From the human T2T-CHM13v2.0 reference genome, Homo sapiens: 64,000 bases of DNA. Each line of letters starts with the position of its first letter. The stretch's first letter is position 1. A program made the position numbers and the translations under genes. The stretch lies in the NCBI RefSeq assembly GCF_009914755.1, contig NC_060928.1; one strand, 5' to 3'. Positions 39,101 to 52,396 of the stretch are shown one piece after another. The notes beneath the pieces were generated by a model. It ran no database searches. It was not told where the DNA came from and saw nothing but the letters and a program-made list of their open reading frames with translations.

Positions 39101-40630
39101 ACAACCCATGGGATACAGCAAAAGCAGTGCTAAGATGGAAGTGTACAGTGTTAAATATCTTCATCAAAGAATAGAACAACTGCAGATTAACAACCTGACA
39201 GCACACCTCAAAGAGCTAGGAAAATAAGAAGAAACCAAACCCAAAGCCAGAAGAATAAAAGACATAACAAAATCACAGCAGAACTAAATGAGATTGAGAA
39301 CAACAACAATAAAAAGATATAAAGAATCAACAAAAGGAAGAATTGGTTCTTTGAAATGATAAATTGATATACCGCTAGCTAGATTAATTAAGCAAAAAAG
39401 ACAAGATTCAAATAAGCACAATTGGAAATAATAAATGAGATTATAACTGATACCACAGAAATATAAAAGTTCATCAGAGTCTACTATAAAAATTTCTGTG
39501 TGCACAATCTAGAAAACCTAGAGAAAATGGATAAATTCCTGAAAACATACAACCTCCCAATATTAGCAAGGAAGAAATAGAAATCCTGAATTAATAAATA
39601 ATGAGTTATGAAATTGAATTAATAACAAAAAATCTTCCAACAACGACAACAATAACAAAACCTAGGACTAGATGAATTTGCAGCAAAATTCTGCACAAGT
39701 CAGATTCACAGCCAAAGTTTACCAGATATACAAAGAAGAACAGGCACAATTCCTACTTAAACTCCTCCAGAAAATTAAGAAGGAGGAATCCTCTTAACTC
39801 ATTCTGTGAAGCCATTATCACCCTGACGCCAAAGCCAGACTAGAACACAACAAAAAAAGAAAACCACAGGCTAATATCGCTGGTGAAAATACATGCAAAA
39901 ATGCTCAAGAAAATATTGGCAAACCAAATCCAACAGTACATAAAGAAGATAATACACCATAGTCAGTTGGATTTTATTCCAAGGTCTCAAAGATGCTTAA
40001 ATATACCATAATCAATACATGTGATTCACCACATAAACAGAATTAAAAACTAAAAGCATACTATCATCTCAATAGATTTAGAAAAAGCATTTGACAAAAT
40101 TCAACATCACTTTATGATAAAAACCCTCAACTAACCCAGAGTTGAAGGAACATACCTCAAAATAATAAGAGCCGTTTATAACAAACCCACAACCAATATC
40201 CTACTGAACAGAGAAAAGTTGAAAGCCTTCATTCTAAAACCTAGAACAAGAAAAGGATGCCTTCTTTTACCACTTGTATTCAGCAGAGTACTGGAAGGCC
40301 TAGACAGAACAATCAGAAAGAAAATAAATAAAACAATCCAAACTGGAAAAGAGAAAGCAAATAATCTTTGTTTGCTGATGATATGATCTTATACCTAGGA
40401 AACCCGAAAGATTCCTTCAAAAGACTCCTATCTTTGATAAAAGACTTCAGTAAAGTTTCAGCATACAAAATCAGTGTACAAAAATCAGTAGAATGTTCAT
40501 ACCAATAACAATCAAACTGAGAGCCAAAGCAAGAAGTTAATATAATTTGGAATTAAGGATACATTTAATCAAGGAGGTAGACAATCTCTACAAGGAAAAC
40601 TACAAAACACTGATGAAGAGATTGTAGATG

Positions 40631-40955
40631 GGCCAGATGCAGTGGCTTATGCCCGTAATCCCAGCATTTTGGGAGGCCAAGACAGGTGGATCACTTGAGG
40701 TCGGGAGTTAAGATAGCCTGACAAACATGGTGAAACCCTGTCTCTACTAAAAATATAAAAATTATCCTGGCATGGTGGTGGGCACCTGTAATCCCAGCTA
40801 CAGGAGAATCACTTCAACTTGGGAGGAGGAGGCTGCAGTGAGCCATGATCGCACCATTGCACTACATCCTGGGTGACAGAGTGAGATTTAAAAAAAAAAA
40901 AAAGAAAAAGAAAGAAAGAGAGAGAGAAAGGAAGGAAGGGAGGAAGGAAGGAAGG
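40631..40955 (+). mobile_element. AluSz/Sx-like with (GAAA)/(GA)/(GGAA) tail, inside the L1PB
   Basis: GGCCAGATGCAGTGGC...GGATCACTTGAGGTC; TSD ATTGT(A/T)GATG. Confidence 0.92.
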
Positions 40956-41230
40956 AATTGTTGATGACACAAACAAATGGAAAATCATCTTGTGCTCCTG
41001 GATAAGAAGAATCATTATCATTTAAATGACTATACCACCACAATCTACAGATTCAATGCAATTCCTATCTAAATATCAACATTATTTTTCACAAAATTAG
41101 GAAAAAAATCTAAAATTCATATGGAACCAAAAAGAGCCTGAGTAGCCAAAGCAATCTTAACCTAAAAAAAATTAATAGCTAGAGGCAGTGTATTATCTGA
41201 CTTCAAATTATATGACAAGGCACACATAAA

Positions 41231-41523
41231 GACTGGGTGTGGTGAATCATGTCTGAAATCCTAGCACTTTGGGAGGCCAAGGAAGGAGGATCGTTTGAAG
41301 CCAGGAGTTCAAGACAAGCCTGGGTAACATAGCAAGATCCCATTTCTACAAAAAATGAAAAAATTACCTGAGTGTGGTGTGTGCCAGTAGTCATAGCTAC
41401 TTGGAAGGCTAAGGGAGGTTCACTTGAGCCCAGTTGTTTGAGGCTTCAGTGAGCTATGATTGTACCACTGCACTCAAGCCTGTGTGATATTGTGAGACCC
41501 TGTCCCAAACGAACAAACAAAAA
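41231..41523 (+). mobile_element. AluJ (Jr/Jo-like), inside the L1PB
   Basis: GGAGGATCGTTTGAAGCCAGGAGTTCAAGAC...AACATAGCAAGA...GTGAGCTATGATTG...GAGACCCTGTC. Confidence 0.9.
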
Positions 41524-42939
41524 GATGCATAGATCAATGGAACTGAATAGAGACCCCAGAAATAAAGCCGCATACTTACAGTCAACCAATGTTTAACAAA
41601 GTCAACAGAAACATACACTGGGGAAAGGATACCCTTTCAATAAATGGTATACGGAAAATGGAATAGAAATATGCGGAAGAATGAAACTGAGTCCCATATC
41701 TCTTACCATATACATAAATCAACTCAAGCTGGAATAAAGACTTAAACAGAAGCCCTGAAAACATAAAAGTACTAGAAGAAAATCTAGGGAGAAAACAACT
41801 TTCTGGACATTGACCTAAGCAACAGATTCATGACTAAGACCTCAAAAGCAAATGAAACAAAAACAAAAAGTAGACAAGTGAGACTGAATTAAACTAAAAC
41901 GCTAACGCACAGCAAATAAATAATCAACAAAATGGGCAGACTACCTGCAGAATTGGAGAAAATATTTGCAAACTAAGCTTCAGATAAGGGACTAATACCC
42001 AGAATATACAAGGAATTTAAAAACTCAACGATAACAACAAAAAACAAATAACCCTATTAAAAAGTGGACAACGGACATGACCAGACATTTTTCGAAAGAA
42101 TATACACAAATAGCCAAGAAACATATGAAAAATGCTCAACATCACATTAATCAGAGGATTTCAAATCGAACCCACAGTGATATATTTTATTATCTTACAC
42201 CAGTCAGAATGGCTATTATTAAAAAGTAAAAAAAAAAAAAAAGTATGTTGGTGAGGATACAGAGAAATGGAAATGCTTATATACTGTTGGTGTGAAGTTA
42301 AATTAATACAACCTCTATGGAAACAATATGGAGATTTCTCAAGGACTAAAAACAGAACTAACATTCCATCCATCAATCCCACTACTATGCATCTACCCAA
42401 AGGAAAATAAATCACTGTAATAAAAAGATACTTGCATTTGTATGTTTATCACAGCAGTATTCACAATAACAAAGACATGTAATCAACCTAAGTGTCCATC
42501 AAAGGATGAAAAGATAATAAAAATGTGGTATTATATACAATGGACTATAATTCAGCTATATAAAATAATGATATCATTTCTTTTTCAGCAACATGGATGG
42601 AACTAGAGGCTGTTATCTTAAGTGAATTAACCCAGAAACAAAATCAAATGCCATTTATATGTTCCCACTTATAAATGGGAGCAAAACAATATGTACTCAT
42701 GAACAGAGAGTATGGAATAACAGACATGAGAGATTCACAAGGGTCAGAAATTGGGAGGGGATTGGGAATAAGAAATTACTTAATAGGTACAAAGTACATT
42801 TTTAAGGTGATGATTACACTAAAACCCTAGACTTCCCCAGGAAGCAATGTATCCATGTAACAATTGCACTTGTACCTCTTAAATTTATACAAATAAAAAA
42901 TTACATTTTTAACCAAACTTTTTTTTTAACTTATAAAAC

Positions 42940-43420
42940 ACACTATTGCCAAAGTTGGGGACAAAACTTGGTATGACTTTTCTGGAGGAAATATTTGCAA
43001 TATATGTAAAACTCAAAATCATTAACTGTCAGTTTCATTGCTAGAAATTTAGCATTAGACAATAAATTGTCAAATAAGTGAGATAAGATTTACTTACAAA
43101 AATACTCATAACATTATAATTGATTTATGATTTTTAAAAATCTTACAAATGTGATAACACATAATTATGATTCTTCTATAAAAGGAGTATTAAAAGTCAT
43201 TTTAGAAAACGTCTAAACAGTATGGATAAATTTATAAGACAATGCAAAATTCAGATAACTATTTTATTTCTGCCCATGTGTATAAGCATAGTATAAAACT
43301 AAAAAATGTATTGTGATCCACGCTTGTATTCAAGTAGAGGAAATATCTTTCTCTTGCTTCTAAAATAATTTATATATTTTTCAAAGAATATATATTACTG
43401 ATGAAATTATGAAAATACTA
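42940..43420 (+). mobile_element. L1ME-like 3' fragment
   Basis: TTGGTATGACTTTTCTGGAGGAAATATTTGCAATATAT...TTTCATTGCTAGAAATTTA. Confidence 0.5.
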
Positions 43421-44924
43421 TTTGTACAAAATAAAAATTCAGATTTGATATCTCAAATCAAAATTCCTTGCATCAAAAGTCTGTTTTGTGTGATGTTTTC
43501 TCCTTGTCCTGTGATTTCTTCTTCCTGATGTTTAAAATGGCTATGGCTAGCATTTCCCTACCTTTGATAAGCTTTTCCTTTTGGACCAGTCAAGGTATAG
43601 TGAATAATTTTTTTCAGTCTATCTCACATTAAAGTATAAGATTTCCTTGTGGGATTTAAAAAGCCACAAAAGTTTAAAAACATAAGAATTACTTCCACAT
43701 TAAAAGATGAAACACAGCAGGATAGTACTGTAGGCCCAGGGAATGTCTTAGTCATTGAATTGAAATGGAATACTCCCCATAAGTGATTTTTAAAATGTCA
43801 TAATCTTTCCAATATGAGGAACTGAACAGGCTTAGGGAGATCAAGGTAAAAACTAGTTTGGAGGCTAAAAGGTGCAATCATCACAATTTGAACTTTTAAT
43901 CTGAAAGACCTTCAGTTTCCTCTCCCATTGGCTTCCACAGGATAGCTTAACTATAGGATTCACTTAATTCCAGCTCAATTATTTGAAGGTAGCTTGAAAG
44001 CACTATAAAGTAAAAGGGATCATTAGAGAAGCAAAGAGATTTAGGCATTCAAAATCTTCCAATGCCAGCATCACAGATTGTAACTTTTCAGTACCTTTAT
44101 GCTTCAAATATAAGCAAAGGCCTCTTTAGATTATTGCCAATAAAGACATAAGTGTTAAAATCTGCTAGATACTTAGAGGATTGCTACAACTGATGGCATG
44201 TGGATAAGGCTGAGTAGACAGATGTATGAAATTATAGTGAATCTTTGTGATCTTTGCAACGATGGTGTGCAACTGCTATAACTGTGACCCAGAATCCTTT
44301 AATTAGAACTGTAAACTTAGTAAGTCAAATGAAACAATGAAAAAAAAAACCTAGAAGCTTTTCAGGGGACATAGATTAAGGATCAATGTGCAAGTCTCAG
44401 AAAAAAAACAATAGGCTGTAATGACTGACAGGGATGCCCTGCTTCAAAGAATGGGTAAAAGAGCTCCCTCAAAAGCATAGAAACTGCAGACAAAGACAGA
44501 AAGGGATTTCTCCAAATTGTCAGGGAAATGGAGTGTCAGGCACACTGTTAAAACTTGGGAAAATTAGCAAAGCACATCTGTCTGGTTAAGATGAAGTTCT
44601 GTGCTTCAAAATTAAGAGATTGTGCCAATGATGAAAGATGAAATATGGAAAATGCCATTTGGACAAAAGGAAAAATAGATTATAGAGAATATTTGTTTCA
44701 AATAAAAATGCTAATATTTATGGTATCACCTTAATGATTTTTATAAAAATTAATTAAAATTCATTTTCTAATTTTAGGGAGGCAGATACACTGTGTAATT
44801 TGAATTTCCATATATCTTAGAGAATACACAGTAGTAGAACATGGACCCTGTGCATGTAATTCTATTTAAGAATATATACCCTATTCATTCCAGGAATAAA
44901 CCCACAAAATAAGACAATATGAAA

Positions 44925-45150
44925 AGTTTATTTTTATATACTCTTTTAAGTTCTGCATAAGTATTCTTTATTCCTCATAACAAACCTATTAGATAACTAT
45001 TACTGATTTCCCTGTTTTATAAATTAGCAACATAAGCCAAGAGACATTAACTAACTGACCTGATGTTATGCATGTAGTTAAGTGAGAGAGTCAGAGTGAA
45101 ACCCAGGTAGTATAATTTTCACTGCCCACATGCTGAATCAATATGCTAGA
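44925..45150 (-). mobile_element. MIR
   Basis: TCCTCATAACAAACCTAT...CCTGTTTTATAAATTAG...GTGAAACCCAGGTAGT. Confidence 0.75.
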
Positions 45151-45449
45151 GGCCCTCCCCTGAGAAGACATATTAAAGCCCATCTTCACTCTGCGGGAAT
45201 CAGTATTCACCATCATCATAACTTGGTCATGAGAACAGAAACTGCATTCTTGACAACTGCAGAACTTCTGCTTTTGTTACATGGCTGTAACATGCAGATG
45301 TCATTTTTTACAATATCCAATGACTATATTGCGTACACAATGTTTCTATCTACACAGTAGCACATACAAGCACACACACGCACACGCACATACATACATG
45401 CACAATGTCCTTACCTATTATTTTTCCATGCAGTTCTTTCATCTAGTTC

Positions 45450-45625
45450 AGTGGCTCACTGGTTCTCAGAGCACATAAGAAATACATGGAAGACTGTTAT
45501 AAAATGCAGATTTATTCCCAGAATCTCAGAGTCAGTAAGTGTGAGGTAGACTTAAGAATCTGCACTTCCCACAAGTTTCCAGATAATGGCAATGCTGCTG
45601 GTGTAGGTATTACACTGACCAGCGC
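45450..45625. mobile_element. MER5A (hAT-Charlie)
   Basis: TGGTTCTCA...CAGAGTCAGTAAGTGTGAGG...AGAATCTGCACTTCCCACAAGTTTCCAG...ATGCTGCTGGT. Confidence 0.8.
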
Positions 45626-46268
45626 TCTAGCAGAAAAACTCACCAAAGCTTATCTTTCTCCAAGAACATTCATGATTTTCTCATTAGTTCTGATTTTCCA
45701 TCCCTGTGAATTCTCACTATCTGAAACTGTCCCTTTTAATTTACTGAGAGAGTCACTGAAACCAAGAACATTGATAATCTCATGATTTTGGCCATGTTAA
45801 ATACTAATTGCTTCACGTACTATTTGGCTTAAGCCAGAAATAACAAGCATGAATTCCATTGTCTGACAAATGCTACTTAGGTTTGGTTTCAGTGACTTTC
45901 TCAGTAAATTAAAAAGACAGTTTTGTTGGCTGCTTAAAAATTTTAAGTGAGTTTATGATGCCTCTAATATCATGAGATTATCAATGTTCTTGATATGTTT
46001 TTATGAAGGGCACATTCCTTTCCTGACTATTATCTTTTAAATCCATGTGCTATGTATTTTATACATTTTATAGTCATGTAATAGTCACTCTTTCTTTTTG
46101 CCTTTATTTGTGCCATATTATGTCTTTACCTTTGTTTGCTCATTATATACTTTTGAGGAAAAAAACCTATAAAGAAGCAGCCAACAACAACAAAAAAGGA
46201 CAGATGGGAAGATGAAAGATAATATGATCCACAATCCATTAAATACTAAGTGCATGATATATATACAA

Positions 46269-46348
46269 CAGTAGTTCCCACAGCACATAAGATACACATG
46301 GAGGACTTTGTTATAAAACACAGATTTATACCCAGAATCTCAGATTCT
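46269..46348. mobile_element. Partial MER5A-like copy, closely resembling 45459-45533
   Basis: CAGTAGTTCCCACAGCACATAAGATACACATGGAGGACTTTGTTATAAAACACAGATTTATACCCAGAATCTCAGATTC. Confidence 0.7.
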
Positions 46349-47047
46349 GGAGAGGTACATATTTGTTAACACAAAAAGTATAACATTGGGGTTATCTGAC
46401 ACTACGCATACTTGAAAATTTAATAGTAAGAGCGAAAAAAAGGAACTGTGGGAGTTAGTTTTTTACAGAAAAAGTAAATCTCAAAAACACGTTTTTAATA
46501 ACATGAAAAGAGCTGACTCAGGTGAAGAAGGATGTCTTATTTTGCTAAAATGCCAAATTACTTCTTTCCTCTGGCCTGGGCTGCTGAGTGCACAGGACTG
46601 TTATAACTCAGCAAGTACAAATAAATCCATTTGAAAAAGCAAATAATTAAAATGAAAAACAAGGGACATTGCTAAAAAGATATAAAATAATTTAATATTA
46701 TTAAAATATGAACTGTAGTTAAATCCCATAGGAAAACAACATATAATAGAAAAATAAATGTTTTAGGATACAAAAATGGCAACTCCCCAAAGAAAAAATC
46801 CAGATATTTTAAACCCCTAGTAGTTATGCATATGATATTTCACACTTTTCTAATAGTGAAAAAGTAAAATACTACGTATTCTCATACTCTCAGAGGTTGG
46901 AAACAGTTCTGTATTAATATTTCAGACCCACCATCATCCCTTAGGTCCTGGAAAGAGGTGTCTTTTTTGAAATTGTTCTGAAGTACCCATTTCAACAGTC
47001 ATTTGTGAAAAGCAAAATATTTGTTTTTGTAATTCATTTGAGATGTA

Positions 47048-47683
47048 TTGCCAGTTCTCACTATTCATATATGTCGTATTTGCAAACTTGCCTACTTGCT
47101 AAAATTTATTTTTAAACTTAATCTCAATAGTTATAGTACTTTCACAGTCGTTTGTGGACATGTGCAGGGTGGCAAAACATTCTAGTTCCCCGAAGGGCAT
47201 ATTCCCAGCTGAAGTCAAACAAGGTGCTGCTCTGCCTTCTTATATCAGCTCTTATACTGTAAACAGTGTCCTTTTTGCAGTCTATGTAGTACCGCTTTCT
47301 TCACAACTTTCTATGGGGTTTTTGACGATTTTGTTCATTAAGATGACCCCCAGGCATAGGGCATAAGTGCTGTCTAGTGAACCTAAGCATGAGATGGCTA
47401 TGATATCCCTTGCAGAGACAACAAGTGTGTTCAATAAACTTCATTCAGGCATGAGTTACAATGCTGTTGGCCATAAGTTCAATATGAATGAATCAACAAA
47501 TATGCATTAGATAAGACATCTTTAAACAGAAACACACATAAAACAAGGTTATGTATTGATCTGTTGACTAAATATTTTTACTAGAGGCTCATAGGAACAT
47601 AACTCTGCATTTTTATATTGGCTAATACAGTGTTTGCAGCAATTTTATAGAACATAACTACCAGGAGTAAAGGGAACTAATTA
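47048..47683 (+). mobile_element. MER82 (TcMar-Tigger)
   Basis: CGTATTTGCAAACTTGCCTACTTGCTAAAATTTATTT...TTCCCAGCTGAAGTCAAACAAGG...AAACAGAAACACACATAAAACAAGGTTATGTATTGATC; about 640 bp. Confidence 0.88.
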
Positions 47684-47806
47684 TATCTCTATTTTTGTCA
47701 CTTTCTTATTTTCCTCCAAGAGTCTCATCATTGTTTTCATGTTTACAAAATTCCTTATTTCACTTTGATAACGAGATCATATTTTCTCCTGGTAAAAGTC
47801 ACATCA

Positions 47807-48241
<435 letters not shown>

Positions 48242-51072
48242 TTATGATATGGGTTTCAGAACAGGATGCTTGCTATACTCAGAAGGTCATTAGGAACTAG
48301 ACTAGCATACTAACTAAATGCCTGAACATTACCACACAAAACACAGGATAGAACATTACCACACAAAACATACGACAGAACTCAGCCTGGGTCTTGACAA
48401 AAAACCTTATAAGGTCACTAAGGTCACTACAAGGATTTCATCGATTTTTTTCTTTTCCTTTAATTCAGGGAAATAAATATTAAGAAATGCAGAGTTTGCA
48501 CTACCATTCCTTTTCAAACCACATTGGATATGACCTGAATCATGCTGATGCCCATGAGGAATTATGATTTTAATGATGAAATTATTGTTCACATCATAGC
48601 TCTGCAAGGTGAAGCCATCAGCTGTTTTAATGGCTCCAGTGGAAATTAAACTCAGAAGACTTTTGTCATTCAAGACCTCATGATAAACTTTTGGTTTTGT
48701 GCATTACCGTAACTGATGTGAACATCAGATCCTGCTGAGCCTTCTGGGAATGTTCTATAATTTGATAGCAGGAGTCCCAAACTCCCAGAACAGTGAGGCA
48801 TTGAAGTTGTAAAGATCTATTTCCAGATGTCTTTTTTTTTTTACATTTGTTTATCAATTCTACCTAAGGCTTTAGAATAGACATTAAGTAAAGTTTATAA
48901 ATGGCTCCTTAGCATATCTTCTTTCTTCAAACAAACAAATGAATATATTTTGAGTGACTACTAGAAGAGCCTTTTATAATATTTCATTATTTAACAGAAA
49001 AACTCTAACAAGTTATTTTGCATTTCAAGATGTATTTTTGTACTAAAATGGTTTCTGTGAAGAATGCCATACTCAATGGGACCGTTAGCATCCAGAAAAC
49101 ATATTTTAAAATTAATTATTAATGGTACCCAAACACCTGCAACAGAAAATAGTAAAGAGCTGATTGGCAGTTGAAAATCAACATAAACTTATAGGCAATT
49201 TTAAAGTGATATGAAAGCCAGAGTAAGTGAAGAAATTTCAGAGAAAAATTATTCATAGGGCCACTTCTTCCAAGCATCTGCCCCGTGCTACTGTAAGGCT
49301 TTGACATAAATTAAACCGTTGAAATTCTAGTTTTGTCATTTTCACTTCCTCTCCATCCAACACAATTTTAGTTATGTGGTTACACTTTTCTCTTTATTTA
49401 CCCTTTTGCATCTTTTGATTCCTTTCTCTCCCTTTCCTCTTTTGCCCTCTTAACTTTGCCTACCTCTGTCTTTCTCTTCAGCAGTTCTGTAATCCCCAAC
49501 AAGCCAAATTAATGTACCTTTAAATTTAGTAGTTCTTAACAGTTTCTCTTTTTCTTCTAAATCTTTTTTTTTTCTGCAGTTCTGGATCATCGAGTAATAG
49601 AGTTTGTGTAAGTAATAGAGCATAATAATACAAAGGGTGACATTAAATAAATGATAACTCCAAACATTGATGTTTTGTGATCATTAACAAGGTGAATAAA
49701 GAGTGAAAGAGGAAGAAAAAAGGAGTGATTGAGACGCAAAGAATTGACAAGACAAATGCCATAAAAGGAAGGAAATATCTAGCACATGGGTCTCCAGAGG
49801 GATCAACTGACCTCTGGTGGAAAACAATATTCCAAAGGAAGGGAAACATTATGGATGTGCCAGAAACTTGATGTTAGGTTACATGGAGCACCACTAATGA
49901 AATGTCAAAACTGAATTTTTCCCAGGGAGGAATTGAGGAGTGTTGCATCAGTTTAAGAAACATAAAACTGAGAAGGCAAGTGCCACTGATGAGAAAATCC
50001 ACAGAAACCCCAAAAAAGAAATGTTGAAAATAAGAGTGAATTCAAGAGCTCTGCAGGTAGTGAGGAACACAAAGAGTGGAGTTCAAGTCTTGAGAAAGTG
50101 TCACAGGTCAGGAGATGAAGTGATAAGTTAAAACAAACCAAAAGAAGAAAACAAGAGAAGACAAAGCACTGTTAAAATATTGATTGTATTTTAAGTTATA
50201 TGAATAAAATAAAGAAAACAATATCAACAAAATAGTTTTCAAATACCTGCCATTAATAGTATTGATGGCATAATTTTGTAATATTTTACATACAGAAGAA
50301 GTAAAACTGAAAATAATAATTGAGATCCTACTTTATGTGAAATGCTGTTGCAAAATGATGGGATATAATGATGACTTAAAACAAAAATACGTTCGTGTCA
50401 AATACTCCAGCTTGTAGTATTATGAAGGAAACAGACTCAAACACACACACACATAACATAAATATAGATTACACCTATGGCATATCTACACACATAAGAA
50501 ATTTACATCTGTTATGGACTAAATGCTTGTGTCTCCCTACAATTGGTCTGTTGACATTCTAACTCCAATGTCATGGTGATAGGAGGTGGGGTCTTTGGGA
50601 GGTAATTAGAATATGAGGATAGAGGCTTCAAGAATGGGGTGAATGCCCTTAGAGAAGAGACAGTAGAACTTCCTATCTGGGTCTGCCCTCTCTGCCATGT
50701 AAGGATACAACAAGAAGTTAACAATCTGAAAAAGCAGGCATCACCAGACACAGGGTCTGTTAGCACCTTGAGCTTGGACTTCCCAGTCTCCAGAATTGTG
50801 GTAAATAAATGTATTTGGTGTAAGACATCAGCCTATGAAAATTTTTTATTGCAGTGTACACAGATTAGGAAGTAAGCTAATATTGGAAGTGGTGTTCTGC
50901 TGAAACAAATAACTAAGAATGTGGAAGCATCTTTGTAACTGGGTAATGGCTAAAGGCTGAAAGAATTTTCAGATGCATGCTAGAAGAAGCCAATATTGCC
51001 ATAAAGAAACTGTGTGATTCTTGTGATGACTTAGTAAGAAAAGAGGAGAGTTGAAGAGAAAATCATTTTCTT

Positions 51073-51575
51073 TTTTTTTTCATTTATAAAATAGATCAGT
51101 TTTATTCTGCTAGTTACATAAAAACAATGTTAACACAAGCATTCTGTACATCTTGCTGGTGAATTCACATAATGCTTAGTTCCCTGATCTTTTGACCTCC
51201 TTGTCTTCTCTGGTTATTTTCTGTTTGGACCACTGGCCACAGGAGTAGAGTGGGGTTGGGGCTTAGGAGAGAGCAATGTGGCTTTTTGGTATGATTTGTT
51301 TTATCGCTTGCCCTCTCAGCATACTCCTGTTACTCCTAACAAAGTTTGAGATTTAAACCCTTAAACCTGCAGGTTTCACCATCAGTTTTTCTTTTTTCTT
51401 TTTCTTTCTTTCTTCTTTTTTTTTTTTTTTTTCCGCATAGGCATTACTAGGGACGTAAATGGGAGACTGGCATAGAAAGTGGTGAGGAGCCGAAGCCAAG
51501 AAATTGCTTTAAACACAAGATGAAAATGCTCTGTTCTGTGTGAGATGCCTCACACCAGTATTAGGTGATTCTTTG
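51073..51575 (-). pseudogene. 5'-truncated processed retrocopy of an unidentified mRNA 3' end (or orphan transduction)
   Basis: Perfect 15 bp TSD GAAAATCATTTTCTT (51058-51072 and 51576-51590); poly-T at 51071-51080; AATAAA on the minus strand at 51101-51106; non-repeat body; host MLT1 internal sequence resumes across it. Confidence 0.85.
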
Positions 51576-52003
51576 GAAAATCATTTTCTTAGAGAATACA
51601 TAAGTAATCATGAGCAGAATGTTGGTGGAAATATGGATGGTGAAAGCCATTCATGGTAAAGGTCTCAGATGGAAAGGAGGAATATGCTGTTGGACAATGG
51701 AGAGGCGATCCTTGTTATAAAGTGGCAAAAACTTGGCTAAATTATGTTCATAATCTAATGTTTTTTGGAAGACAGAACTTGCAAATGATGAAATAGAATA
51801 TTAGCTGAGGAGACTTATCAGAAGAGTGTCGAACGAGAAACTTGGTTCCTCCTGACCGCTGATAGTAAAATTCAGCAAGAGAAAATGAATTAGGATGCCA
51901 TTGTTAAGCCAAAAGGAACTAGAACCTAAAGATTTGGAAAATTCCTAGCTCACTCATTGTATTAGTGTACTAGTCAGGGTTATCTAGAGGGACAGAACTA
52001 AAA

Positions 52004-52006
<3 letters not shown>

Positions 52007-52052
<46 letters not shown>

Positions 52053-52094
52053 TACACACACACACATATACACATATATATACACATGTATATA

Positions 52095-52126
<32 letters not shown>

Positions 52127-52153
52127 CATAGAGAGAGAGAGAGAGAGAGAGAG
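52007..52153. repeat. Compound microsatellite (TA)n(CA)n(TA)n(GA)n
   Basis: Directly visible. Confidence 0.95.
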
Positions 52154-52155
52154 CA

Positions 52156-52396
52156 CCACAACCAAGCTCAAGTACTAATATGCTACCTCTCACCCTATCT
52201 GCACTGCCTCAATTTTGATATTCTGAGGACCATTGGAGAAATTCATGAAATTAGGACATGTTTATGTTTCCACCATTAAAATATATATTTTCTGGTGTTT
52301 ACTTAAAGTGAGGGCTATTATTAAAGTTTTTTTTATATATTTCATATGACTTTAGCAGAAATAATTCATTTTTACTAGTGAAGATCCTTCTCCACT
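52156..52396 (+). repeat. 241 bp direct duplicate of 53912-54151
   Basis: Manual alignment gives about 20 substitutions and 1 indel (about 91% identity). Confidence 0.95.

Larger units (their letters stand above)
36147..42900 (+). mobile_element. Near full-length L1PB (L1PB4-like): 5'UTR, partial ORF1, degenerate ORF2, 3'UTR
   Basis: GC-richer 5'UTR at about 36150-37300; ORF1 remnant at about 37310-38110; ORF2 start (ORF 38246-38458, PHIPILTLNVNELN); 3' end TTGCACTTGTACCTCTTAAATTTATACAAATAAAAAA. Confidence 0.9.

Noticed and set aside
43430-44900. Apparently repeat-poor segment, possibly regulatory
   Set aside because: Nothing diagnostic is visible, and part may be very old L2. It cannot be supported without conservation data.
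48324-48430. Short spaced direct repeats suggestive of a CRISPR array
   Set aside because: Only two units, mammalian context, and no cas genes.
51970-52193. ORFs rich in YI/CV/SL
   Set aside because: They are translations of dinucleotide microsatellites.
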